Shown here in pieces: positions 1 through 10,800 of a stretch of DNA of 64,000 nucleotides (position 1 is the first letter of the stretch; each line of letters opens with the position of its first letter). Both the position numbers and the translations under genes were made by a program. The stretch comes from an uncultured Mycoplasmatota bacterium (GTDB lineage: Bacteria > Bacillota_I > Bacilli_A > RF39 > UBA660): assembly GCA_948434005.1 (NCBI GenBank), contig CAOJEH010000001.1, positions 13,678-77,677 on the forward strand. The letters run 5' to 3'. The notes beneath the pieces were generated by a model, which did no database searches, was not told where the DNA came from, and worked only from the letters and a program-made list of their open reading frames with translations.

Positions 1-45
1 CATATTATATAATAAAAATATAATATTAACAATTAAAATTTTCTT

Positions 46-459
46 TTATTTTCTATTTGATTTCAATAAATCCCTAATTTCTTCTAATAAAATAACTTCA
101 TCACTCTTCTTAGGTTTTACTTCTTTTTCTTGTTTTTTAAACTTTTCAAATATTTTTACCATCATAAATATACATAAAGAGATTATTATAAAATCAATAA
201 TTGTCTGTATAAAAACTCCATATTTAATAGTAGCTTCATTTACTTTAATAACAAGATTGCTAAAGTCTAGACCTCCTAAAATAACTCCTATTACAGGCAT
301 TATTATATCATTAACTAAACTACTAACTATTTTACCAAAAGCACCACCTACTATAACACCAACAGCCATATCTACTACATTACCTCTAGATATAAATTTT
401 TTAAAATCATTAGCGCCTTTCTTTAACTTTTTTAATTCATTAGTCTTTTTATTTGACAT
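46..459 (-). CDS. mscL: Large-conductance mechanosensitive channel MscL. The ORF track extends to 510; the likely true start is the ATG at 457-459 (MSNKK...), preceded by GAGGAG.
   Basis: Conserved MscL N-terminus ...[34 protein letters not shown]...; two TM helices; RBS GAGGAG upstream of the internal ATG. Confidence 0.85.
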   Translation of the reverse strand: MSNKKTNELKKLKKGANDFKKFISRGNVVDMAVGVIVGGAFGKIVSSLVNDIIMPVIGVILGGLDFSNLVIKVNEATIKYGVFIQTIIDFIIISLCIFMMVKIFEKFKKQEKEVKPKKSDEVILLEEIRDLLKSNRK

Positions 460-499
460 ATAATCACTCCTCATCAGATTTATTATATAAAAAGGAAAA

Positions 500-2485
500 C
501 TATTTTTCAAGCTTTCCTAATTCTTCTAATAATTCAGCTTTACTCATCTTTGAGTAATTTTTTATACCTTTTTCTTTTGCTAGTTCTTTTAATTTGGTTA
601 TAGACATTTTTTCTAGAACTTGATCATCCGTCTCTTCTGGCATTTTTCCGTTTTCTACTAAATAGTCTATTTGTTCTTTTGTTAAAGTCTCATATTCTAA
701 TAATGTCTCTGCAATCAGTTTTAATAAACTTTTGTTTTTATTAATAATATTATGTGCATCTTTATGACAAGTATCAATAATTTTTCTCATTTCCATATCT
801 ATTTCATTAGCAACTTCATTTGAGAAATGTTGACTCTTATTATAATCCCTTCCTAAAAATACACTTCCATCTTGTTGTTCAAATTGTAAAGGTCCTAAAT
901 CACTCATACCATATTCAGTAACCATGGCTCTAGCAATTTTAGTTGCCTTTTCAAAGTCATTGTGTGCTCCTGTTGTTATTTCTCCAAAGATTATTTCTTC
1001 TGCAGTACGTCCACCAAGTAACCCTGTTATTTCTTCTAATAAATCAGTTTTTGTTGAGCATAATTTTTCTTCACTAGGAACCATCATATTATATCCACCA
1101 GCTGATCCACGAGGAATAATTGTTACTTTTTGAACATCATTTGCATTATCAAGCTTTAATCCAATAACTGCATGACCAGCTTCATGATATGCAACTAATT
1201 TACGATCATTTTCACTATATTTACGAGATGTTTTAGCAGGGCCCATAAGTACTCTATCTGTTGCTTCATCTACTTCACTCATAGTAATAGCTTCTTTATT
1301 TCTTCTAACAGCAAGTAGTGCTGCTTCATTAAGTAGATTCTCTAAATCTGCTCCGCTAAAACCTGGAGTTCTTTTCGCCAAATTCTTTAAAGTTATTCCT
1401 TCACCTAATTTTTTATTTTTAGCATGTACTGATAATATTTCTTCTCTACCTTTAACATCTGGTAAGTTAACAGTTACTTGTCTATCAAATCTTCCTGGAC
1501 GAAGTAGAGCTGGATCTAATACATCAGGTCTATTAGTTGCTGCTATTATAATTATTCCTTCATTTTCTCCAAATCCATCCATTTCAGTAAGTAATTGATT
1601 TAGCGTTTGTTCACGCTCGTCATGACCTCCACCTAAACCAGTACCTCTTTGACGACCTACTGCATCTATTTCATCTATAAATATTAAACAAGGAGCATTT
1701 CTTTTTGCTTGTTGAAACATATCTCTAACACGACTTGCACCAACACCAACAAATAATTCTACAAAGTCAGATCCACTTATAAAGTAGAATGGAACATTAG
1801 CCTCTCCCGCTACTGCACGAGCAAGTAATGTTTTACCAGTTCCCGGAGGACCAAATAGTAATACTCCTTTTGGAATTCTAGCACCCATTTTTTGGAATTT
1901 TTTTGGACTTTTTAAAAAATCTATTAATTCTTCAACTTCTTCTTTCTCTTCTTTTAGACCAGCTACATCTTTAAATGTAACTTTATTATTTTCATTGCTT
2001 AATTTTGCTTTACTCTTTCCAAAATCTAACGAACTTTTATTTCCTGCCATTTGACGATTAAAGAAGAAGAAGGCAAATCCTATTAATAATACAAATGGAA
2101 GTACATTTACCAATACAACTAAGAATGTTGAACTTTCTGGATCAGGTTCAACTTCTAACTTGAAGTTTTGAGTTTCACTAACTTCAATAATCTTTTTAAC
2201 AACCTCATCACTCTTTGGTAATCTCGCAAAGAATGTTTCATTTTTCTTATACCCTTTTAATTTACCTGTAACCTCATATGTACCTGCACTTGATTTTGTT
2301 GTAATAGTTGAATTTTTTATAGTACCTTCATTCAATTCTGTCATGAATTCATTATATGTAAGTTTATTAACTTTAGTATTCATAACGTTTACTACATAAA
2401 ATATTCCTAACATAATTAGAAACATAAATAAATATGGTACTAAACCTCTTTTAACACTTTTATTATTGATTGTATTTTTATTCAT
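500..2485 (-). CDS. ftsH: ATP-dependent zinc metalloprotease FtsH
   Basis: N-terminal TM helices; Walker A GPPGTGKT; AAA second region of homology; HEAGH zinc motif; 661 aa. Confidence 0.95.
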   Translation of the reverse strand: MNKNTINNKSVKRGLVPYLFMFLIMLGIFYVVNVMNTKVNKLTYNEFMTELNEGTIKNSTITTKSSAGTYEVTGKLKGYKKNETFFARLPKSDEVVKKIIEVSETQNFKLEVEPDPESSTFLVVLVNVLPFVLLIGFAFFFFNRQMAGNKSSLDFGKSKAKLSNENNKVTFKDVAGLKEEKEEVEELIDFLKSPKKFQKMGARIPKGVLLFGPPGTGKTLLARAVAGEANVPFYFISGSDFVELFVGVGASRVRDMFQQAKRNAPCLIFIDEIDAVGRQRGTGLGGGHDEREQTLNQLLTEMDGFGENEGIIIIAATNRPDVLDPALLRPGRFDRQVTVNLPDVKGREEILSVHAKNKKLGEGITLKNLAKRTPGFSGADLENLLNEAALLAVRRNKEAITMSEVDEATDRVLMGPAKTSRKYSENDRKLVAYHEAGHAVIGLKLDNANDVQKVTIIPRGSAGGYNMMVPSEEKLCSTKTDLLEEITGLLGGRTAEEIIFGEITTGAHNDFEKATKIARAMVTEYGMSDLGPLQFEQQDGSVFLGRDYNKSQHFSNEVANEIDMEMRKIIDTCHKDAHNIINKNKSLLKLIAETLLEYETLTKEQIDYLVENGKMPEETDDQVLEKMSITKLKELAKEKGIKNYSKMSKAELLEELGKLEK

Positions 2486-2496
2486 AATTTCCTCCT

Positions 2497-3816
2497 CTAG
2501 CGATATTTCAATATTATATCACAATTTTTTCCTTTTGGAATATCAAATTTAGATTTTTTTACACCTGGTATCCATAATATATTACCTACTGCATCGATAA
2601 CTATAGGCCAAGTATCTCTTTCTTCTAAACTAATCTTATTATCTATAAATATTTCTTTTACTTTTTTCTTACCATTTAGACCCTTAACACTTATCTTATC
2701 TCCGAATTTTCTAGTTCTAATAGTTATTGGTAATTTTATATCATGCGAAGATAATCTACATATATTATTAGAATTATCTTCCGTATCATCTATTAATTCG
2801 ATTGAATGATTATTAGGTAATTCTGCATATTTATTAAACTCTATCTCATATGAATCTATTTCCCCAGTTTCTCTTTTTAAATAAAATTCATTATAACTTT
2901 TAATAGCCAAAATCTCGTTTGGAAGATTAACTATCATATTAGATTTATTACTATTAATTAAATACATAAGTAGTTCTATATGTTTATCATTAACTAAAAT
3001 TAAATCATCCTGATAAAAATCTTCCATTACATAATATAATATTTCTTTTTGTATATACTTATCTATCTTTAAAAACTCATCTATTAAAATTCTATTTGTT
3101 TTCTTATTAATTATTCTATTTATAGCCTTATCTCTTTCTTTATCAATATATTTAGAAGCTTCCTCTAAGTTTTCACTAAACTTTAAAAATTTTTTATGTA
3201 CATTGGAATCTTCCTCTTTTAAAAAAGGAAGTACATTCTTTCTATATCTATTTCTGGTATATTTCATAGAAAGATTAGAATCATCTGTAAAATATTTAAC
3301 ATTATTTTTTAAATCATAATCTTCCAATTCCTTCTTTGTAAAATAAATAAGTGGTCTAACTAATTTATAACCTTCCATATCAACTATTTTATGAATTCCA
3401 CTATAACCATCTAAATTAGAACCCCTAGTGATTCTCATAAGAATAGTCTCTATTAAGTCATCACCATGATGTGCAGTCATTAAATAATTAGCATTATATT
3501 TTCTAACAATCTTATCAAAAAAATTATACCTTATATTCCTAGCTTCATTATGGAAGTTATCATCACCATATTTTTCAATAGACATAACTTCTACTAATAT
3601 ATTTTTACAATTACAATATTCTTTTATAAACTCTTCTTCTATTTCACTTTGTTTTCTTATTTTATGGTTTACATGAGCACAAATTATTTGAAGATTATAC
3701 TTTTCTCTTAATTTGATTAACATATCTAAAAGTGCCATAGAGTCAGGCCCTGTTGAACAACCAATTACTATAGTATCTCCATTATTAAAATTAAAACTAT
3801 CTTCTAATGAAATCAT
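2497..3816 (-). CDS. tilS: tRNA(Ile)-lysidine synthetase TilS
   Basis: PP-loop ATPase motif GCSTGPDSMALL near the N-terminus; position immediately upstream of ftsH as in Bacillus and Clostridium (hprT absent here). Confidence 0.9.
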   Translation of the reverse strand: MISLEDSFNFNNGDTIVIGCSTGPDSMALLDMLIKLREKYNLQIICAHVNHKIRKQSEIEEEFIKEYCNCKNILVEVMSIEKYGDDNFHNEARNIRYNFFDKIVRKYNANYLMTAHHGDDLIETILMRITRGSNLDGYSGIHKIVDMEGYKLVRPLIYFTKKELEDYDLKNNVKYFTDDSNLSMKYTRNRYRKNVLPFLKEEDSNVHKKFLKFSENLEEASKYIDKERDKAINRIINKKTNRILIDEFLKIDKYIQKEILYYVMEDFYQDDLILVNDKHIELLMYLINSNKSNMIVNLPNEILAIKSYNEFYLKRETGEIDSYEIEFNKYAELPNNHSIELIDDTEDNSNNICRLSSHDIKLPITIRTRKFGDKISVKGLNGKKKVKEIFIDNKISLEERDTWPIVIDAVGNILWIPGVKKSKFDIPKGKNCDIILKYR

Positions 3817-3884
3817 TTTATACCACCACTACTATTCTATACGAAATAATATATTTTAGCAAGGTAAAACAAAATTAAAAAATT

Positions 3885-4178
3885 CTAAGGAATTCGAAGA
3901 ATTATTTCTCCATCCTTAGAATAAGAATATTTTTCTCTTGCATATCTCGCAATATAATCAGGATCTTGTAATTTGTTAGCGTCAACTTGTAATGCAGCTT
4001 CTTTTTCTTTCAAATTAGAAAGTTTAGTTTTAAGTTCCTTTTTTTCTTGATATTTATCATATATTTCAACCCAGTATTTTCCTATTGTATATGTAGTACC
4101 AACAATAACAGCAATAGAAGTCAGTCCCAATAGAAAAAGACGTTTTACAGACTTTTTAGATTTTTTCCTTTTTGCCAT
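3885..4178 (-). CDS. divIC: Septum formation initiator, FtsB/DivIC family
   Basis: Short bitopic protein: basic N-terminus, one TM helix, coiled-coil LKTKLSNLKEKEAALQ, and DPDYIARYAREKY motif; lies after yabP-yabQ as in B. subtilis. Confidence 0.8.
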   Translation of the reverse strand: MAKRKKSKKSVKRLFLLGLTSIAVIVGTTYTIGKYWVEIYDKYQEKKELKTKLSNLKEKEAALQVDANKLQDPDYIARYAREKYSYSKDGEIILRIP

Positions 4179-4239
4179 ATTATCATCTACCTTATCAACT
4201 ATAGTATATCACTAAAGAAAATTAATACAATAAGCTAGA

Positions 4240-4554
4240 TTATTTTTTTTTAAATTTGACACTTTTTAAACACATTTTTAATTTATTAACATACTTAGTA
4301 AATTTAAGTAGACCTACTATAAAACCTATCGCTATAAATAATAGAAAGTATAAATGAACGATTCCATTATTTATTTTCTTTATAATTATAAAATATAATA
4401 ATGTAGCATCTAAGATATATATAAATGTAAAAAATATTTTATAAATTTTATTTTTAGAAAATAAATACCTATAATTAATATTAGTTAATAAAGAAAAAAC
4501 TATTCCAAAAACAAAAGAAAAAAGAATTGATATTATCTGTACTTTTATATTCAT
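4240..4554 (-). CDS. yabQ: Small polytopic membrane protein, probably spore cortex protein YabQ
   Basis: Hydrophobic 104-aa protein directly downstream of yabP with a 1-nt overlap; the call rests on position only. Confidence 0.45.
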   Translation of the reverse strand: MNIKVQIISILFSFVFGIVFSLLTNINYRYLFSKNKIYKIFFTFIYILDATLLYFIIIKKINNGIVHLYFLLFIAIGFIVGLLKFTKYVNKLKMCLKSVKFKKK

Positions 4555-4844
4555 TATTTAAATAACCTATTAAAAATTCCACTTTCTTTATTTTTTTTTA
4601 CCCCTTCTTCTAAATAAGTAAAACTATTCACTAATCCTCTTATTGAAACAGTTCCCTGAATAGTATCTAATTTTATTAATTCTAACTCTTCACCTTTTAC
4701 TAAAATAAAACCCATACTAGTTTCTAATAAAAATTGTTCAGTATCAAAATTATCTATTTTCTTTACTCCTGTTACTAATAAATTTTTTCTTTCTGCTAAA
4801 CTTACTCCATGTGTATAACTACCCATTGCTTCTTGCTTTTCCAT
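4554..4844 (-). CDS. yabP: Sporulation protein YabP
   Basis: YabP-like sequence (GVKKIDNFDTEQFLLETSMGFILVKGEELELIKLD...); 96 aa; conserved yabP-yabQ-divIC order. Confidence 0.8.
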   Translation of the reverse strand: MEKQEAMGSYTHGVSLAERKNLLVTGVKKIDNFDTEQFLLETSMGFILVKGEELELIKLDTIQGTVSIRGLVNSFTYLEEGVKKNKESGIFNRLFK

Positions 4845-4906
4845 ATTTTTTCCTCCTAGAAAATTATATGTACAAGCTTATTATTTATGCAAAAAAAAGA
4901 TAGAGA

Positions 4907-5197
4907 TTATTCTCCATCTTCATTTACTTCACTATTTACATCCTCTGCATTATTGTAAGCTTCAATAATAGCTTCTTCAAACATTGCTCTAACTTCAGGA
5001 TTAATTGGATGTGCTATATCTCTATATCCACCTGCTGAAGTTTTACGACTTGGCATTGCTATAAATAAACCATTATCTCCTTCAATAACACGAATGTCAT
5101 GAACTGCAAAACTATCATCTAATAATACTGATGCAATTCCTTTCATACGAGATTCTTCTTTTTCAATTTTACGTACATTAACTGATGTAATCTTCAT
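4907..5197 (-). CDS. spoVG: Septation protein SpoVG
   Basis: Near-identical core to B. subtilis SpoVG: [33 protein letters not shown]...RDIAHPIN. Confidence 0.92.
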   Translation of the reverse strand: MKITSVNVRKIEKEESRMKGIASVLLDDSFAVHDIRVIEGDNGLFIAMPSRKTSAGGYRDIAHPINPEVRAMFEEAIIEAYNNAEDVNSEVNEDGE

Positions 5198-5269
5198 CTC
5201 TTGTTCCTCCTCTTAAAGTATATAACTTTATATATTCATTTTATAATACTTTTAAGATAAATGCAATAT

Positions 5270-5503
5270 TTATTTTTTTAGAACTATTTCTTTTATTTCT
5301 AGGCTATTTGTAAGTATATCATTATAACTATAAGATTTTGTTCTATTAGTATAATCATTTACTTTGACTGTAAATATTGATTTATAAACCCCTGTTATTT
5401 TTCCTATAAATTCTTCAGTTTGGTTTCTGGCACCTTTAAACTTAAATAAAAATAAATTACCTTTGTTACTTGTTATAAAACTTCTTATCTTATTTATATT
5501 CAT
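5270..5503 (-). CDS. veg: Veg protein (biofilm and sporulation associated)
   Basis: 77 aa; SYSYNDILT motif matching Veg SYSYADILT; lies directly downstream of yabG as in B. subtilis. Confidence 0.8.
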   Translation of the reverse strand: MNINKIRSFITSNKGNLFLFKFKGARNQTEEFIGKITGVYKSIFTVKVNDYTNRTKSYSYNDILTNSLEIKEIVLKK

Positions 5504-6288
5504 CTAGGATACCCCACATACATAGTACCATTTGTAATAATACCGCCTATACCATCGGCCCCGTATTTAGTTTTTTCTATTAGTGGAATTAAATCTATAC
5601 TTTTATTCTTAGCAGAAAGCGCTATTGTAGATGCAATTATAGCAGGATCTAGAGCATGTATATTAATTCTTTTAGGGCTAGATGCAAAATTTGATCCAGC
5701 CTTTATTAATTCTTCATAATTTGATTGACATGCTCCTGAAATAACTATTAATTTGTTTTCATCCTTTTCATATTTTCTAGCAACTTTAACTGCATTAATA
5801 AAATTCTTTGTATTTTGATAATTATCTATATTATTAGGATCTTTTTTCTTTTTATAAAATGCATCATGACCAGTCACTACTAATATATCGGGATTATACT
5901 TACTAAGGTATTCATCTAAATATTTAGAAATATCTTCTTCTTTTAATGAAATGCCATAGGCTTTAACATTTAAATCCTTATAAAAACTCATACATCTATT
6001 TAAATATTCCTCATCTCCATCTATATGAAGAATTTTTCCAGGTAAATAAAAATATTCATCTCTATTTAAATCTAAGTCTTTAATATTATCATTTATTATT
6101 TTTCTATCTGATTTACTTACATTATATACATCTTCTTCTTTTCGTAAATCATCAATTACACTATCAGCATATAACCTCAAATCTACTCCCTTTAATAATA
6201 TAATATCATCATTGATATCAATTACTTTAAATAATATATCATTATTATATGAATTTCTTGTTACTAAATCGCCCACTTTTAAATTCAT
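5500..6288 (-). CDS. yabG: Sporulation-specific protease YabG (peptidase U57)
   Basis: Motifs shared with B. subtilis YabG: GDLVTRNSY, LHIDGDEEYL, VVTGHDA, GACQS, ANFASSP, NIHALDP. Confidence 0.88.
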   Translation of the reverse strand: MNLKVGDLVTRNSYNNDILFKVIDINDDIILLKGVDLRLYADSVIDDLRKEEDVYNVSKSDRKIINDNIKDLDLNRDEYFYLPGKILHIDGDEEYLNRCMSFYKDLNVKAYGISLKEEDISKYLDEYLSKYNPDILVVTGHDAFYKKKKDPNNIDNYQNTKNFINAVKVARKYEKDENKLIVISGACQSNYEELIKAGSNFASSPKRINIHALDPAIIASTIALSAKNKSIDLIPLIEKTKYGADGIGGIITNGTMYVGYPR

Positions 6289-6366
6289 TTAATCATCTCC
6301 ATCTAATTATATGAGATAATCTTTTATTTATGAAAAATACTACTAAAGATTTAGTAGTATTTAATA

Positions 6367-7860
6367 TTATTTTTTTATTTTTCTTTTTATAATTATTGTA
6401 CCTATCGATAATATTATAATAATTGAAGAGATAATTATATATTCCTTTTTTAGTATTTTATTTGATTTATGTAATTTATCTTCTTTTTCTATAGAAGGAT
6501 TTTTAATAGCTGAAGATTTATTTACACGTAATATATATTTTCGTTGATTACCATTTGGTGCTTTCACATTAATAGTTATTATATTCTTTGCAGACTTTAA
6601 CGATGTATCTGAAACAGTTACTTTACTATTTGGGTTCTCAGTTTTATAATCAATAAGTAGATTATCTATATTTTTACTAACCACTAAGTCATACTCTAAT
6701 ATATCCTTATCAAAACTTATTTTATAATCTGATACTTTTAATAATTTTAAATAATTATTTGAAGATGACTTTTTAATATTATCCTCATACGAACTTAAAG
6801 TTTTACTCTCTGATACACTATCATCCATTATAACGTTATTTGGTACTTTCCCATCTTTACTTTTTCTATTGATAGTAATCATATATACTTTTTTACTATT
6901 ATTCTCTGCCAAAACTGTAATAGCAAAAACATTTTTACCTACTTTTAAATCTTTTTTTCCTATACCATTTACTATAGATTTAGATGATGATGCTTTAGCA
7001 TTTATATTTACTGACGTAATATCATTATTAACTGTAGCTTCATAATTAGTTTTTGTAGAACTAAATTTTATAGGGATTTTACTTATTTGTAACATTTTTA
7101 AACTATTATCTGAATCTCTATTATCTTTTCTATATACCACTATTTTATAATCTTTAGTAGCTCCAGATTCTGATATTGATGTAATAGTAAAAGTATTTGA
7201 ACCATACTTCAATGTTTTTTTACCTGTACCCACTACATTACCATTTGTTGAAGCAGTAGCATAAATAGAAACTTCTGATTGATTTGTTGTTATATTATAA
7301 GTTGTTATTTCAGAATTAAATTTAGGAGATAAATTACCTATATTAACAGATAAATTAGTCAAATTACTATTTGTAGATACTACTTTTAAATCAATAAATT
7401 TAGATTCATAGTTATCCTCTTGATAATTCTCATTACCTATCTTTATATTATTTATTGATATTTTCCCACCATTTACATTTTTAACTCTTACCTTAAAGTT
7501 ACCTATATTTATTTTACCTGATAATAATGATGCAGTAGATAATATATATTTACCATTAACTGAACTTGAAAAGTCTTTTGAAAATTCATTTGAGAATTCT
7601 GAAGATACTAATTCTAAATTATTACTAAGCTCTAGTTGGGCCTGAAAAGAAGTTAGGCTTCCTTTATCTATATTAGCATCTATATTACAAGATATAGTAT
7701 CACCTAGTATTGCATTTTTTTTATCACATTTTAAAGTAATAGGATTATCATTAGATGTAGATGTAATATCTGTTAATAGTTTATTTTTATCAAAAATAGA
7801 AACAATCAATAATATAATACATAAACCCGCTATTACAAATAGCGCTATTTTATTTTTCAT
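6367..7860 (-). CDS. Membrane-anchored surface protein: signal peptide, cohesin-like domain, three cadherin-like beta-sandwich repeats, C-terminal TM anchor
   Basis: N-terminal signal/anchor MKNKIALFVIAGLCIILLIVSIF. Residues ~35-165 fit the cohesin pattern (ILGDTISCNIDANIDKGSLTSFQAQLELSNNLELVSSEF...), compared with CipA cohesins KPGDTVNIPVRF...DFVYSYDPNVLEI. Repeated ...YKIVVYRKD / YMITINRKSK / YILRVNKS modules. C-terminal hydrophobic stretch IIISSIIIILSIGTIII followed by KRKIKK. Confidence 0.55.
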   Translation of the reverse strand: MKNKIALFVIAGLCIILLIVSIFDKNKLLTDITSTSNDNPITLKCDKKNAILGDTISCNIDANIDKGSLTSFQAQLELSNNLELVSSEFSNEFSKDFSSSVNGKYILSTASLLSGKINIGNFKVRVKNVNGGKISINNIKIGNENYQEDNYESKFIDLKVVSTNSNLTNLSVNIGNLSPKFNSEITTYNITTNQSEVSIYATASTNGNVVGTGKKTLKYGSNTFTITSISESGATKDYKIVVYRKDNRDSDNSLKMLQISKIPIKFSSTKTNYEATVNNDITSVNINAKASSSKSIVNGIGKKDLKVGKNVFAITVLAENNSKKVYMITINRKSKDGKVPNNVIMDDSVSESKTLSSYEDNIKKSSSNNYLKLLKVSDYKISFDKDILEYDLVVSKNIDNLLIDYKTENPNSKVTVSDTSLKSAKNIITINVKAPNGNQRKYILRVNKSSAIKNPSIEKEDKLHKSNKILKKEYIIISSIIIILSIGTIIIKRKIKK

Positions 7861-7870
7861 ATTACACCTC

Positions 7871-10800
7871 CTATAATTTACTTATATTTTTCATAATATA
7901 TGCAAAAAGTTTAGATAAATCTGTTATTGTCACTCTATTATCATCATTAACGTCACTAGACTTTATATTTGGTAAATCAATACTATAATTATCATCTACT
8001 ATATACCTAAATAGCCTTGATATATCTGTTATACTAATTAATCCATCATTATTAATATCTCCTCTAACAGAAAGATAAATCTTATAGTTTTCACCATTAT
8101 TATCTATCATTTGAATATAACTACCTGTTGTTATAATATCAGTATCTTCAATTAAATTATTCTTAGAATTATATAAAGAATAGTGATAATTGCTATTAAA
8201 AGAGGTATTTTTAATAAATTCTTTTACTGTAGTTTGTACTCCTATATTATAAATTAAGTTATTTTCTATATCATACCCATAAACTTCTGTTTTAATTAAT
8301 CCATCTATTGACCATACTGCATATAAATCTATAGTTTCATCTTCATTTATTAAGTTGATAATCTCTTGCTGTTCACTATAAGTTTTTCCAGTACCATCCG
8401 GTTTTGTATTCCACCCAGAAAATTTATAATAACCATTTTTAAATGTATTTTCTAATAACTTATCACTAGCGTTAAAAGTAACACTTTGAGTAATTATATT
8501 ATCTTCATCTGTATTAGAATGATAATTTATATTATATTTAGAAACCTTTACAGATACAGGGAGAATCTTTTTTGTTCCATTTGATATACTAACTATAATA
8601 ATATTAGCACTACCTACAGCTTTTGCAGTTATATTTCCATTTTTATCTACTTCTAATATATCGTTATTATCTGAATAGTATACAACGCCCTTATTGAAAA
8701 TATTTCCTTCTACAGTAGATTCAATAACATAATTGTCACTATGCGATAAGTTTATAGTTAATTCAGAAATATTTGGTATTATATTTGAAACTTTATTAAC
8801 TACCTTTTTATTATTTATAGTTGGAAATGAATTATCAATTATCCAATTATTTTCAAAATTAGGCCAATTAAAGTTATTTTCTATATCATAAGCATCAATA
8901 TAATCTATCTTTTTTACATTTTCTTTAACCAATACATTTTGTGCGATAGTACCTTTAAAATAATTTATATTTTCAATATTAATGTTCTCATCAGTTAAAG
9001 GTGCTATAGATGAATCCCTACATACTAACTCATCACTACAATGAGAAGTATATTTTTCACCTGTTGATGATACTAATTCTTCTTTTCCTTCACAAGATAA
9101 ACATCCTATATTTCCTGTATTATAACCACTATTAACAAATAGATTACCTGTTATATTTACATTACCAGAAGAATCAAATGTCATATTATTTAACTGTCCT
9201 ACGCCTCCTGCTGCAAATATCTCTGCAGTAACATCTCCATAGTTAATAAAACTAGTAATATTAGCAGAATTAGTCTTTCCAATTAATCCCCCCACTATAT
9301 CTTGACTATCTACTTTAGCTGTATTTATAACTTTATCTAAAGTAGCCAATGTAGTTTCTCCACCAATTCCTCCTGCTATATTATTACCATTTACTATACC
9401 TTCATTGGCGCTATTTATTACACTAGCAATTTTTAAACTACCATAAATTCCACCTGATATTTTAGAGTAAATTTCTGAATTATTATAACAATTAGTAAAG
9501 CTTATAGGAACAAATGAATTAGAATTAGCTACTAGTCCCGCTGCTTTTCCTTCAGAAGAAATATTACTAGAAGTAATAGATACATTATCAATAATTATAT
9601 TTGATACATTACTATCTGCTTCTAAAGTTCCAACTAGTGCAGCCACGTTATTATTAGAAGAATTAACTATATTAAAATTTTGTAATGTAAGATTGCTAAA
9701 AATAGAATTATTATCATTCACTTTACTAACAGTAACTGAGTCAAATAAACCGTTACGTGTACTATATAATCCTGTTATCTTATGATTATCACCATCAAAT
9801 GTACCTTTAAAGTTTGTAATAGATTGCCAACCAGTACCACTATTATAAAATATTCCATTTTCATTTTGAGTATCATATGTAAGATCAATATCATTAGAAA
9901 GTTTATAAGAACTAGAGGTAGATGTTCTAATCAAATCTAAATCAGAAGGACTTTTTATAAGATATGGATTATCTATAGTTCCCTCTCCTTCTAAGGATAT
10001 ATATGGAGCTTCTATAATTAAAGAAGTTTCATCAAGATATTCTCCATTATGATATACCTCTATAATATACTCACCAGGTATTAACTTATTTGATACACTC
10101 ATAGATGCAATAACAAAGTCTCCTGATACAGCATTATCACTATAAGAATTAATATATTGAGATATATCTTTTCCATTTAAATCATATATCTTGTAATCTA
10201 ATGTTTCTCCCTCTGGTATACCATATACCTGAGATTCTATAGTAAAATCATAGCTAGGTACAATAACTTCTGTACTATAATCAACTGGTGAAGTAGTAAC
10301 ACTTGCTACACCATCACTATTTAAAAATAATTTAGGAGTTGATATATTTATAGGAGTAAGATAATCTGGATCTTCTATATGGAAAACACATTTATCTGAG
10401 CGCTCTAAATTTTTATCATATAAGTCTACTGTATACCATCCTTTTAAATCAATACCTACAGTATCTATTAATTTCCTGCCATTAGATGTCTTATAGTATA
10501 CTTTTACATTTCTATCAGTTGAATTAGAAAAAAATTTAAGTTTTGACATTCTTGAATCGATTGGTGCATTAAAAACTATCTTTTTTTGCTCTTTGCCCGA
10601 TACAGTAACATTTTCTAGTTTTGTATAATCAAGTTGATAATCCCATGTTCTATCTGCCATAGAAACCATTTTAGTCACTACAGCAGGCTCTACTGCTAAG
10701 CTATAGGGTAAATACAAGTATTTTTTTGCACTAGTATCTCCCCAAGAATTTTTTATAATCCACGACCCCTCTGTATTTTCGTGTATTACTGAGGCAGGAC

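Noticed and set aside
257-463. 68-aa plus-strand ORF inside mscL; likewise 924-1133 in ftsH, 12117-12368 in femAB, 16876-17058, 17869-18138, 19062-19415 and 20075-20263 in metG, 32060-32693 around holB, bofA and recR, 35026-35223, and 38771-38959 in gyrB
   Set aside because: They are antisense to better-supported genes and lack start-site signals.
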